Shown piece by piece: positions 38,166 through 50,462 of a stretch of DNA of 64,000 nucleotides. A program made the position numbers and the translations under genes. Where the stretch lies: the NCBI GenBank assembly GCA_035221665.1, contig CM069134.1:32240001-32304000 (forward strand). The letters are read 5' to 3'. Below the pieces are notes generated by a model that worked only from the letters and a program-made list of their open reading frames with translations, was not told where the DNA came from and made no database searches. Source of the stretch: Okamejei kenojei. Taxonomy: Eukaryota. Position 1 is the first letter of the stretch. Each line of letters begins with the position of its first letter.

Positions 38166-40034
38166 CACCTCAAAAACAGGCCATTTGGCCAAACTTGCCC
38201 ATCATGACCAGTCTACAGTAGTTCCACCAGCCCTCTAAACTGATCCGTATATCTGTTCTAATGCCTTTTAAATGTTGTTATATTAAATCACTAAAATAAT
38301 CACTATGCTATTTAAGGAAGATATGAGAGGTAATCTAGAGTATCTAGAAACATGCCTTATCAGGAAATTCATACAACCAGCAATTTAAGGATACAGTGGT
38401 AGGACACTGAATATTTTCAGCTGACCAGACAATACAAGCATGACAAGACAGTACAAGTATGACAGTAAAACATCAGACAAGTTCAACAAACTTGAATTAT
38501 TTTTTTGAAGAATGGATGTTTTGTAGATATTATTGATATGCATTCCAGAAAGGATGTGAAAGTTCTTCAAGTAAACCACAGTTAAAAAGCACATATTGAG
38601 GCACATTACTGAGTTGCTTAAGAACTTGATTAGTAACAGGAGAGTGAGATTAGGAATAATGGCCAGGTATTCAAACTACAGGACTCAAGGTGTCCTCCAA
38701 GGATATATGTTTGGACATTAATTATTCTCCTTAATAACAACCAACTTAGACAATAGGTTATAAAGTCATATCTTCGGGTTTGGCAATTCCAATTGGTAAG
38801 CAGCATTTTTTGTAGTTTATTTGGAAGAATTAGGTTATAAACAAATATTAATAAAGTGAAATTGCTGCTGGCAGTTTAAACTAACCTACAGTCAAAGCTG
38901 CAATTTAACAACGGAGGTATTTTTATCTGCAGATATATATGTGAGCCTGACCACATGAGTTGAGCCAAACAGATGATGTGTATCATGTTCAGTTCAAGCT
39001 GGGTAGTTCTTGTTCAAAAGATTTGGCTAAGGTCAGGTCTGCCTGGGCTCATTCACACCAGGACAATGTGCTTCATATTATTGCATGTGACATCTGCTCT
39101 AGATCAAAAGCAATTGATATGCAGCACAGCAAGGACCTGCTTTCTATTTTCCCTGCAAATGTCTCTGGGTCAGGTCATATTTGGAAAAGGCCAGGGTTCA
39201 GGTTTGGATTGGTTGCAAGCCAATTTCAGATTGAATTTTAATTTTACATCCAGACAATTTGTGTCTCCAGTCTTAATTGCCAGAGAGAGAACATTTAAGT
39301 TTATACAATCTTTTTTTCTTAAACTTCTTATCGTCTCACTTAATTTAATGCTCCTTTTGTCCTCCATTTCTCTTTCTCTACCCACTTTGGTTTTAATGGT
39401 TGTAATTAATTTCCTTCTATCACTCTGGTTTAATTCTAAATTCTGAAATCTCATCAGAAGACATGTTTCCTTTGTACACCAACATCCTAGTTATCATTTA
39501 TCTTTGTCTGAATTCAATTTCCAGCAAATTGCAGTATCCCCCCCCCCCCCCCCACCACCACCAAGCTGAAGTTTTGGGGCAAGGTATGTAAAATTCTGGC
39601 AAGGCCAGTGATTAGATGCCGTGCGCAAGTTAATCCGAGGCAACTTTAAACAAGTCTGTACATCACATGGAATTTTGACATTTTTGCCCTATTCTTGCTT
39701 TTACGACACTTTGCAAACCTCCTTCCACACCATTATATTTAATGCCGTCCATGCAATCTTCTAATCCTTAATAAGCAGAACCCAAAAACCTATCGGAGAA
39801 TCCAAACACGAATAACATGATGTTGTACCTGAAAGTACCACAGGTCGTGTATAAAGTATTTATTTGAAGAGCAGCAGAATGTCTAGTCAGCTAGCAATTG
39901 GGGAAAACAGAAGATTTATGCCAGCTTTCTGAAGAGCTGCCTTTCAAATTAGCAAGATAAAGAACAAAGCAGATATTTCCTGTACCAAACAAGTACAACA
40001 TCTATGCTGAAACTCAGGTACCGCTGTCCGCTGT

Positions 40035-40135
40035 GACCAATGAGATGTCAAGCTGAGACACTGTCTGCTTTTTCAACTGAACATACAAGATCTATTCCAT
40101 TGTTTTGAAGAACGGAAGTGTTCCTGTTCCTCAAA
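40035..40135 (+). mobile_element. Possible degraded DeuSINE (SacSINE1/AmnSINE-like) core
   Basis: atgagatgtcaagctgagacactgtctgc...aagatctattccattgttttgaagaa resembles the Deu-domain as I recall it. Confidence 0.35.
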
Positions 40136-41282
40136 ATAGTGCAATAGATATCTTTTTGGGTATTGTGAGATTATGAAAGATGTACGGTAAAGGCATATCT
40201 TACTTTCATTTGCCATTTCTTTTGGAAGGTTAAGGTCATCCAAAAGTGTGTTGTGTTCAAGCTCAGTTACCTTACCACTGTGTTTTTTATAGCAAAGGGT
40301 ATATCATCGATAGTGCTGAGCATTTGTCTCATATTTGGTTTTCAATCTTATGGATTTGATGCCCATCCAAACTTAGACATTACATTTCTTGGGATTGTAA
40401 GAGGGCCAAACTTATTTTTTTTAAAGTTACTTGAAGGCAGTCTCAGATCAGATAGATTATTAATCACAGGATTATCAATCCTTGAACTGGATAATTAGAG
40501 ATGCTTTGTCACAGATCTAATTATCCACATCTTTAATTATCCATGCTGAGTCATTTTTAGAGCACAATGAAGCATTTTCTGCATTGCATAATAAGCTGCA
40601 CCCTACCCAGAATTGGCAAGGCTGCCAGATATGTGTTAAAGAAAAGTACTTCAATTTTTGTCTGGGCAGGCCGCAGCCTGCTGAACTGGATCTTGAATTC
40701 TCCAACTTCAGATAACTTGCTCTGTCGTGTTGGCATCAGTACTGGCCATTCATGCTTTCCTTTCCTCTCTTCCACCCCCACCCCTTTATTTTGGACTTTT
40801 GGGCAGACCCAATAGACCAGTCCTGTATTATCAGCCAGACTTAACATTAGCAGTATTTTATATACACAAAAAAAGTTACCTGTCAAATCATTTTCCCTTA
40901 TTACAAAACACAATGCTGGAGGATCTCAAAATTGTTAGATCTCATAGTGCATTGCTAAAGATTCCAGTTTCTTGTGTGTACACATTACCTTTCCCACCTT
41001 CTCTGACATTTAAGCAAAATATAGATCAGTAGTCAAAAGAAGAATCCTGACCCAAAACATCATGTCCACAAAAGCTGCCTGACCCACTGAGTCCTTCAGC
41101 ACTTTGTGTTTTGCTCAGCATCTGCAGTGTCTCCATTCTATAGTTAGGCTACATTACTTTCTCTTATTTTTTTAGGTTTCATTGAATGAGGGGCTTCGAG
41201 CTGGAAGTTCAGTCTGCTTTGCCTTCCGCAGATACACACAAGAAGTTGAAGAGGTAGCATCCATCCCTGGAGAAAAGGAATA

Positions 41283-41315
41283 GGTGACGTTTCGGGTCGA
41301 GACCCTTCTTCAGAC
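41283..41315 (-). ncRNA. Candidate minimal type I hammerhead ribozyme core in a Penelope-type repeat
   Basis: The minus strand reads GU-CUGAAGA-A-GGGUCUCGACCC-GAAAC-GUC-ACC: a CUGANGA box, a stem II hairpin, a GAAA box and a GUC cleavage triplet. Confidence 0.6.
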
Positions 41316-41539
41316 AGAGGCAGGAGAGAGGGAAACGAGAACCTTCCACAGAGTCTGCCCGGCCTGCCGAGCTTTTCCTAGCATTCTCTGTTATGATCTC
41401 AGATCTTCCTCGCAGCAAGACACGAGGGACCCACATGGGCTGGAGTAACCTGGCACGTTTCATGTCCACAGTCACTCTGACTTGCATCCCATTCAATTCA
41501 CACTTTTCTGTAACTTGGCAGGGTGGGAGTGTGAATGAA

Positions 41540-42110
41540 GGCCGGCCAGGGGTTATTGGGCTGCGGCTCCTCGCCAGCCTCGCTCCCCTTTAAAAGCCCT
41601 TCAGAGCCCGAGGCCTTCCTCGGCCCCTCCCTCCCTCCCTCCCTCCGGGCGCTGTGAGCGGCACTCGGGGCCCGGCTCGGGCTAATCTGCTCTCCTCTTC
41701 CCCCACCGTCATCAGCCGCTCATTAAACCCAGCTCACCTTCCCACCAAACGTTTCTTTTTATTTTTGTGATTTCCCTCAACCGCCTGCTCATCCGCTCCT
41801 CGCCCAGATGGCGATCGCTGGCAGCCACGCATGCGCCGACATGAGGCCGTGGGGCACTCTGGGTGCTGTAGTCTCGCCGCGAGGCCCCGCGCCGCCGGAC
41901 CTGTGACCGTAAGTACTACAAATCCCAGGGTGCGCCGCGCCGCGCCGGCAACTGCGCATGCGACCGAAGAGGGAACACAGGGCGATGTAGTCCCCAGGGT
42001 GGGTGACTCAGTGAGTGCCGCGACCGTGCGGACTACAAATCCCAGGGCTCACCGCTCCCGGCTCATCCCAGGCCCGCCCGCCCTCCTGTCTTGTTGCCTG
42101 GGTGGGTACA
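41540..42110. promoter_or_regulatory. CpG-island promoter of FAM210A with ZNF143, NRF1 and YY1-like motifs
   Basis: Three ACTACAnnnCCCAG motifs (41854-41872 reverse, 41915-41933, 42032-42047); CGCATGCG NRF1-like sites (41827-41836, 41953-41962); CAGATGGCG YY1-like site (41805-41813). Confidence 0.8.
41738..41830 (-). other. FAM210A: Probable non-coding first exon of FAM210A
   Basis: Minus-strand donor aag|gtgagct at 41738/41737 lies inside a GC/CpG-rich island, directly downstream of the promoter motifs. The 5' end is approximate. Confidence 0.6.
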
Positions 42111-43334
42111 CGTGTTTAGCAGAGAGCAAAGATCTTTGGTAGAGAGCAAAGATCCTATAGCAAGGCTCTGCTAAAGGATCTTTGGTAGAGAGGGTGATGT
42201 ATCAATAATCAAGGTAGACAAAAGTGCTGGAGAAACTCAGCGGATGAGGCAGCATCTATGGAGCGAAGGAAATAGGCAACGTTTCGAGCCCGAAACCCTT
42301 CTTCAGATCAATAATCCAGTGTTTTAGCTCCGTAACCCTTGCTTTCCCCCTCTCTCCATCCCTCCGCCATCCTAGTTCTCCGACCAGTTTGACTGTCCTT
42401 TTTTAATTTTACATTAGCTTCCACTAGCTAACAACGATCTATTCTAGATTTTCTTTGAACCCACTTCCCCTTTGACCTTTCGTTTTTACATCTTACCCTT
42501 CCATATCTCTCTTTTACCTCTCCCCTGACTCTCGGTCTGAAGAACGGTTTCGACATGAAACGTCACCCATTCCTTCGATTCAGAGATGCTGCCTGTCCCG
42601 CTGAGTTACTCCAGCATTTTATGTCTAACTTTGGTGTTTTATAGTCAGTGATATGCGAATTACCATACAGCCATACGAAAAAAAACTACTACATAAAAGT
42701 TAACATAAACATCCACCACAGCGGATTCCCCACATTCTTCACTGTGATGGAAGGCAAAAAAGGCCAATCTTCTTCTTTATATGTAATGCTAATCGATTTC
42801 ACATAAAAATAATTAGAAAAAGGTCCACTCCTCTCCTCAACCTAAAAGTACCTTATTTTTAATTTAGAGATTCAGCAATTACCCAATTCTGATGAAGTCT
42901 CTTGATTGAATCATCAACTCAGTTTCTCTCTCCACAGATGTTGCCTGACCTGTTGAGTGTTCACTCATTTTCCTATTTTATTTCAGATTGCTGGCATTTG
43001 TAGTATATGTAATTTTCACATCTTGGAAATATCCTGCAGTTTCAGGGGATACAATTGAAGGAAAAATTGATTAACTCTTCAAATAACATCCTATTCTAGA
43101 AGTTGAACATAGCAGATGTATCTGACTGCTGCACATTTTAGTTTATTACTTTTAGAGATACAGCACCCTTCGGCCCACCGAGACCACGCCAACCATCAAG
43201 TCGTCAAGTCAAGAAAGTTTATTATCATGTGTCCCAGACAGGACAATGAAATTCTTGCTTGCTGCAGCACTACAGAATATTGTAAGCATAAATACAGAAC
43301 CGTTCAGTTTAGACCATCGATCACGCGTACACTA

Positions 43335-44318
43335 GTACGGCGGTAGTGTTGCTGCCTTATAGCGCCAGAGACCCGGATTTGATCCTGATCCTGTGATCTT
43401 TGTGGGTTTTCAACGGGTGTTCCAGTTTACTCCCACATTCCAAAGACGTGCATGTTTGTAGGTTAATTGACTTGGGCTAATTGTAAATTGTCCCTATTGT
43501 GTAGGATAATGCTAGTGTACGGGGTGATTGTTGGTTGATGCGGACCCGGTGGGCTGAATGGCCTGTTTACACACTGTATCTCTAAATTAAACTAAACTAA
43601 ATTTGTTCTATGTTACCCCGATTTTGCAACCTACAGACTAGGGTCAATTTACCGAAACCACAGTGAGGCATGGTGGCGCTGTAGTAGAGTTGCTGCCTTA
43701 CATAGAAACATAGACAATAGGTGCAGGAGTAGGCCATTCGGCCCTTCGAGGCTGCACCGTCATTCAATATCATGGCTGATCATCCAACTCAGCATCCTGT
43801 ACCTGCCTTCTCTCCATACCCCCGATCCCTTTAGCCACAAGGGCCAAATCTAACCCTCCTAAATATAGCCAATGAACTGGCCTCAACTACCTTCTGTGGC
43901 AGAGAATTCCAGAGACTCACCACTCTCTGTGTGAAAAATGTTTTCCTCATCTCGGTTCTAAAGGAATTCCCCCTTATCCTTAGACTGTGACCCCTTGTTC
44001 TGGACCTCCCCAACATCGGGAACAATCTTCCTGCATCTAGCCTGTCCAACCCCTTCCGAGTTTGATCCTGACTACAGGTGTTGTCTCTACGGAGTTTGTA
44101 CATTCTCCCCGTGAACGCATGGATTTTCCACAGGTCCTCCGGTTTCCTCCCACACTACAAAGATGTGCAGGTTTGGAGGTGAATTGGCTTCGGTGAAAAT
44201 TGTAAATTGTCCCTAGTTTGTAGGATAATGCAAGTGTATAGGGTTTGTTGCCCCGCATGAACCCAGTGGGCCAAAGGGCCTGTTTCTGCACTATATCTTT
44301 AAACTAAACTAAACTAAA
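43335..44318 (+). mobile_element. Two V-SINEs; the second is interrupted by a minus-strand CR1 3' fragment (about 43702-44057)
   Basis: The SINE head at 43663-43701 resumes at about 44058 after the LINE piece encoding GLDRLDAGRLFPMLG..FFTQRVVSLWNSLP. Confidence 0.82.
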
Positions 44319-44739
44319 TGTTCTCTTTGTTAGAAACAACTTGTTTAAAAATTAGGATTAAATTCCAAAGCCAAAAGAAATTCAATCCCAAAGGACCTCA
44401 GGAGTGTGGGAAAGAGGTGCATTTAGAACATTTAATTGGATCCAAATGGTACTAGAAAGGCCGACACATCAGAGGTGGTTTGGGGGAAATGTGGATTTGT
44501 AACTAATATTATGAGAGGCAGCATTACAAAATTACCAGAACCTTTTTCCCCGGATGGAAAAATCAAATACTAGAAGGTGAGAGTGACAAAGTTTAAAGGA
44601 GATTCGTGGGGCAGGTTTATTTTACACAGATGGTAAGTGCCCAGAATGCGTTGCCAGAGATGGTGGTGGCGGCAGATATGATGGCATTTAGAGGTTTTTG
44701 GATAGGCACATGGATATGCATGAAATGGAGGGATATGGA

Positions 44740-45570
44740 TTTTTATTTTATTTATTTATTAAATTTTATTTTGGATTCAAGGTCCAGACAAGGGACAACA
44801 TTACATAAAATCCATTGCCTATAAAAACACCATAAAATATAAAATCTTAGTAAATCACTTATAAAAACATCATAAATTATATACAAAAAACACAATACAT
44901 GATTTAAAATCCAGAATTAAAAAGAAAGATCAGTGTCCTACAACGAGACAGTGATACCAGTGTCTCCACAACTGGGATTCGTAGCGTGTAGTGCTAAACC
45001 TTATGTTTGACAAGGCCACGATACATATGATTTCTTAGATTAGCTTCTAAAGTATTGACTCCTGCAACCACAAACATGTTACTAGCACTACACCCTCTAG
45101 GTTTCCTTAGCAGTGTTCTCATGGCATCATTATAGGCCACCTTTAGTCTCTGCAAACTTGTCTTTCCGTAGTTTGACCACAGGTGCGCAGTATAGAGTGG
45201 CGTGCAATATGCTCTAAACAGTGACATCTTCACCACATCTGTACATGCACCAAACTTACGCAAGAGAATATTCGCCTGTACATACAGCATACGTCCTTGC
45301 CTATAAATATCCTCATCATCTGTCATTTGTTCTGTAATAAAATGCCAAAAATATTTTACCTTATTACAGACACTAAGATTATTGTCAGACAATTTAAAAT
45401 CAGGAAATTTTAAACATTTATCCTTTTTGGTTCTACAGATCATAACAGCACTCTTACAGGCATTATATTTAATATCATGTTCCACACCATACACAGAACA
45501 TATAATTAGGAGCTGCTGGAGACCAGCGCTAGATGGACTAAAGACCACAAGATCATCTGCATACATAAAT
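44740..45570 (-). mobile_element. Non-LTR retrotransposon 3' fragment, not the resident CR1 family (L2/Daphne-like group, clade uncertain)
   Basis: Open 190-aa frame YADDLVVFSPSSAGLQQLL...LFRAYCTPLY...LKVAYNDAMR; A-rich tail at 44740-44770; inserted into a CR1 3' end. Confidence 0.8.
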
Positions 45571-47439
45571 GGTTCACTAAATGAACAGTGCAGGCATCAG
45601 GTTCGGCACAGACATTTGGACTGAAGAGTCTGTTCCTGTGCTGTACAGTTCCATGTTCTATGTTCTATTTAGATTTACAGCTTCCGTAGTATTTTTTCAA
45701 GAGTGTTTAATTGTCATATGTGCCGGCCACAAAGCAATGAAATTCCTACTAGCTGCAGCTTAACATGCCCATTTTTGTAACAGAAAAAATAATCTTTTTA
45801 CTATCTTCACTAGTTTCTGTTCCACTGCCCTTTGCAACTTAAAAAAAAACCTCTAACGATTTCCTGTTCTGATTAAAGGCAATTGATCTTCACTCTTCAC
45901 TCAGAGGGTGGTGGGTGTATGGAATGAGCTGCCAAAGGAGGTAGTTGAGGCAGGTACAATAACAATATTTTTGAAAGGCACTGGGATAGGTACATAAATA
46001 GGAAAGGTTCAGAAAGATATGGACAAAATGCGTCAAATGGAACTAATTTAGATGAAGCATCTTGGTCAGCATACATGTTGGGCCAGAGGGTCTGTTTCCG
46101 TGCTGACTGACTCTATGACTCTCTATCCGAAACATTAAATCTGTTTCCCTCTCCAAAGATGTTGCTGCCTGTCTCCATTTGCTACTTTTAGCTTGTCCTT
46201 TCTCAATTTTCACTATTTGCGGGGTGGGGGGTGGGGGGAGGGATGTTCACTAGCAAAGGCAGCATTGATTACCCATTTCTTCTTGAAATCTAGTAGAATG
46301 GTCCTATAGTTTAGGTTTAGATTTATTATTGTCACATGTGCTGAGGTGTAATGAAAAACGTTGTTTTGCATGCCTATCCAAACAGATCAGATAAACCATA
46401 CATAGATGCAATCAGTTCAAAAGTATAATAGATAGAGCAAGGGGAGAGATACAGAGTGCAGAATATTGTTCTCAGCATTGTAACACATCGGTTCCATAGA
46501 TAGTCTGAAGAAGGGTCTCGACTCGAATAGTCACCCATTCCTTCTCTCCAGAGATGTTGCCTGTCCTGCTGAGTTACTCCAGCTTTTTGTGTCTATCTTC
46601 AATTCCATGTATAAAATCCAATGTCGTCAATGAGCTGGAGATGAATCGGACAGAACCCTAACTTATGGAAGTACCGTTCAGAAGGCTAATAATATAAGGG
46701 AAGAAGTTATTCCTGAGTTATTTCAAGCTTTTGTACCTTTTGGCCCCGATGTCATTCTTGCCAAGAATGAGAAAAGTGGTTCATTCCTTCTGTTAAGTGA
46801 ATGAGTAGACAGGATAATCTGGCACTGCTATGATTTATGTGGAAACTATGTCAAAGTCTATGAAGGGGTCCAGGAGTTTGGAGGAAATCAATTGTTTTCA
46901 AGGTTATATGGCAGTTTGTCTTTTTTTGTTCTTTGTGTTAATCTATGTGCGGCACTGAATACCTTGCAATCCCAAAGAAAGGTTCATTTTCTTTACTCCA
47001 ACGTTGTCAAAGATTGCTAGCACACCTCATGTGGTGTTGCTGGATAAACTGGAAGGTTTTCTCCTGACGTAACAGGGAAACCTGTTGTATTATAGCAGCT
47101 GTTCAATTCCCCATGCAGCTACAGTGATGATCATAGACAATATCATCTGTGATTCTGGTTCAGTCACTTGTGAATTTGTGGCACGTAGCACAATCTAATT
47201 GACAAATTCAAACTGTGGGGAGCAGGGAAGTTTGCGATAGATTTTAAAGGCACTGAAGGAAATGACAGTAAAGTAGAGAGCCATTAGAAGATGCTATGGT
47301 AGTTTGCATAAACATCCTTTTGATTGGAGAGAGACACTGAAGCCCTGCAAATGTTTGTGTGAGCTGCCTTTCCTAGAACTCTTTTCATACATCCAGGATT
47401 CTTGTTGCATTATTTTGGAGTGTAGCTAAGTACAGATCC

Positions 47440-47790
47440 AATGCCATCTGTAATTTTGCTGATGACACCACTGTGGTTAGCAGAATCATGGCGGGTGATG
47501 AGTCAGCATGCAGAGAAATAGAACACCTGGTAGATTGGTGCTGCAAAAACAAACTCGCTCAACGCCAACAAGACCAAGGAATAAATGGTACTGACCTTCC
47601 TGCCACCAAAGGGATCTACAAGAGTCGCTGCCTCAAAAAGGCAGCCAGCATCATCAGAAACCCACACTATCCTGGCCACACTCATTTCATTCCTGCCATC
47701 GGGAAGAAGGTATAGGAGCATGAAAACTGTAACGTCCAGGTTCAGGAGCAGCCTCTTCCCTACAGCCATCATAAGCTATTAAATACTACA
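47440..47790 (+). mobile_element. Rex1/Babar-like LINE fragment, internally deleted
   Basis: FADDTTVV.RI..DESA.REIE.LV.WC and LPSGRRYRSMKTVTSRFRSSLFP.AI. Related 3' pieces occur near 935-1050, 26800-26945 and 48945-49150. Confidence 0.7.
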
Positions 47791-47876
47791 GCCTCCATAA
47801 GTTTCGAACTACTTGGCGGGGGGGGGGGGGGCATTGTTATTTTGGCCTTTACTCTATTAATGCTTTTTTATATATT

Positions 47877-48703
47877 ACTAGACCAAGTGGTACCCATCCG
47901 CTCAACACGCGGTTTCGGAGGGGAGGGGGGTGAGGGGTGTGTGGCCTGCGGTATCGCACACACACTAACTACCCCCCTTGATATTATATTAATATTATTC
48001 ATTCGCTCCGTTTACCCCAACCCCCACCCTATCCACTCACGTATAGCCCCGAACACGCAGGCGCGGATAGAGAGGGAGAGGGAGGGAGGTAGACAATAGA
48101 CAATAGGTGCAGGAGTAGGCCATTTGGCCCTTCGAGCCAGCACCGCCATTCAATGTGATCATGGCTGATCATCCCCAATCAGTAACCCGTTCCTGCCTTC
48201 TCCGCATATCCCCTGACTCCGCTATTTTTAAGAGCCCTATCTAGCTCTCTCTTGAAAGCATCCAGAGAACCTGCCTCCACCGCCCTCTGATGCAGAGAAT
48301 TCCACATAGAGAGAGCGAGGGCAGAAGCAGGCAGAGGACAGGGGCAGAAGCAGAGGGCAGGGAGCAGAGGGCAGGGAGCAGAGGGCAGGAGCAGAGGGCA
48401 GAGGACAGAGGCAGCAGGTAGAGACAGAAGGCAGAGACAGAGGGAAGAGGCAGAGGGCAGAGACAGGGCAGGCAGAGGCAGAAACCAGAGGGCAGCAACA
48501 GAGGCAGAGTGGCAGCAACCTCCCCACCATGCGCCGACACGAGGACCCTGAGCGTGGCGGGCGGGCAGGCTGGCGAGCGAGCGTCGACCAAAGGACCGTG
48601 GGTTGGGCTGCTGCAGTCTTCAGCTATGATCTTTGGTCTTCAGTCCAGGGTCCGACTTCATCTCCGGCTGCATCTTTTGAATAACGGGGAGGAGGAGGGA
48701 GGG

Positions 48704-48738
<35 letters not shown>

Positions 48739-48941
48739 GACGTCACTTGCAGCGCGAGGAAGACCCATTTCGACGTCATCAGCTGAAAGGCAGTCATTTT
48801 TAAATTCAACGTTTTGAACATTTTCAGTAATAACTTGAGAAATAAAGCATGACATTTTCAGATAAGGCGATTTTGGACTCCAGGGGAAAAATGTCCACCG
48901 GAATATGTAAAGATTTTACCGTTACCGCGTCTTTTTTCCGC
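47877..48941. mobile_element. Second Helitron-like element, with nested LINE tail and simple repeats
   Basis: Shares the terminus CTAGACCAAGTGG with 28565. It contains a CR1 tail (about 48090-48305), a GGCAGA-type repeat and poly-G. The far boundary is approximate. Confidence 0.45.
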
Positions 48942-50119
48942 AAAGCATCTACATGAGGCGTTGACTCAACAAGGCGGCATCCATTATCAAGGATCCCCAC
49001 CATCTGTTGTGTCTTCTTCTCACTGCTACCATCGGGTAGGAGATACAGAAGCGTGAAGTTCCACGCCACCAGGTTCAGGACCAGCTACTTTTCTTTCACT
49101 ATTAGGTTCTTGGACCTGCACAACCCTAATCCTACCTCAGCAACAAGATACTACGGACTCCTCTTGTACTCCCGTGGACTTGTGTTCTAATAGGGATTCC
49201 ACTTATGTCTTTTTTTTGCACTGTCTGGTTCTTTATTACTGTCTTTCAGAATTATTTGTGTAATTTATAAATAGTTTATGTATGATTTATGATTTACTTG
49301 TTTGAGTCTAGGTGCCTGCGATGTTGCTGCAAGGATGATTTCCACTGTACCTGTACCTCACCGTACTTGGGCAAATGGCAATAAACTCAACTTAACTGTT
49401 AAACATTTAAATGGTACAATATATTATTGTCATAAATAAGAATGAAATATAATCAAGGGATCAGGCCTCATTAATATTGTAGGTTAACATCTATTATCAA
49501 GGATCCCCACCATCTGGCCATTCCCCCTTCTCACTGCTACCCTTGGGCAAGAGGTACAGGAACCTTTCACCAAAATATAGCTGAATGCAGGTGAGAAGGG
49601 AGAGTTTTAATGCAGATCTGAGGGGTAAATTTTCCACACACAGAGAATTTGGTATCTGAAATGAGCTGGCAAAGAAGGTGGTGGAGTTAGGAACAGTCCT
49701 TTTGTGTATTACCCCGCATCTGCAGTTCTTTGCTTCTTTGGCTGCTCCACTGCAAAACCTCCTCAAGGTATGCCTACTTTGAAGAAGTCCTCCTTCTCTC
49801 TCGGACGGGAGTTCTGTGAGACCCTCTCTCATTGCTCCCCCTCTGTGATTCCTCCTGCTCTCCAAACTTTGCCGCACCCCTTTTCCAGTTTTCTTCTCCT
49901 CCCGGTATAATCAGTCTGAAGAAGGCTCTTGACCCGAAATGTCACCTATCCATGTTCTCCAGAGATGCTCTCTCACCTGCTGAGCTACTCCAGCATTTTG
50001 TGTCCTTTTAACCAACAACTGCATTAGAGGGATCTGGAACTAATGCAGGCAGGTGGGATTAGTATAGATATGGTGGAACGGCGCCAAAACCTGGCGAGTC
50101 TTGCATATAGTGTAGGAAG

Positions 50120-50330
50120 GAACTGCAGATGCGGGTTTATACCGAAGATAAACACAAAAAGCTGGAGTAACTCAGCGGGTCAGACAGCATCTCTGGAGAA
50201 AAGGAATAGGTGACGTTTCGGGTCGAGACCTTTCTTCAGACTGAAGAAGATTCTGAAGAAGGGTCTTGCCCGAAACGTCACCTATTCCTTTGCTCCAGAG
50301 ATGCTGTCTGACCCGCTGAGTTACTCCATA
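50120..50330. repeat. Palindromic pair of Penelope-type terminal repeats (one of more than 15 copies in the window)
   Basis: gctggagtaactcagcgggtcagacagcatctctggag...ggtgacgtttcggg and its reverse complement, head to head. Other copies lie near 2615-2765, 9310-9470, 17465-17555, 18180-18285, 25330-25525, 41265-41315, 42215-42630, 46500-46600, 49910-50005, 50905-51370 and 55165. Confidence 0.85.
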
Positions 50331-50462
50331 CTCTTGCATATAGACTTAGTGGGCTTTTTCTAAGATTTATGTACATATTGTACTAGTGTTTGGCAATAAT
50401 CTCCTGATCTGTATGCAAAAAAATCCCAATTTCACTGTGCCTTTGTACACGTGATAATAAAG

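Noticed and set aside
38960-39454. Overlapping 93-157 aa ORFs
   Set aside because: No family motifs; they look like decayed LINE sequence in an intron.
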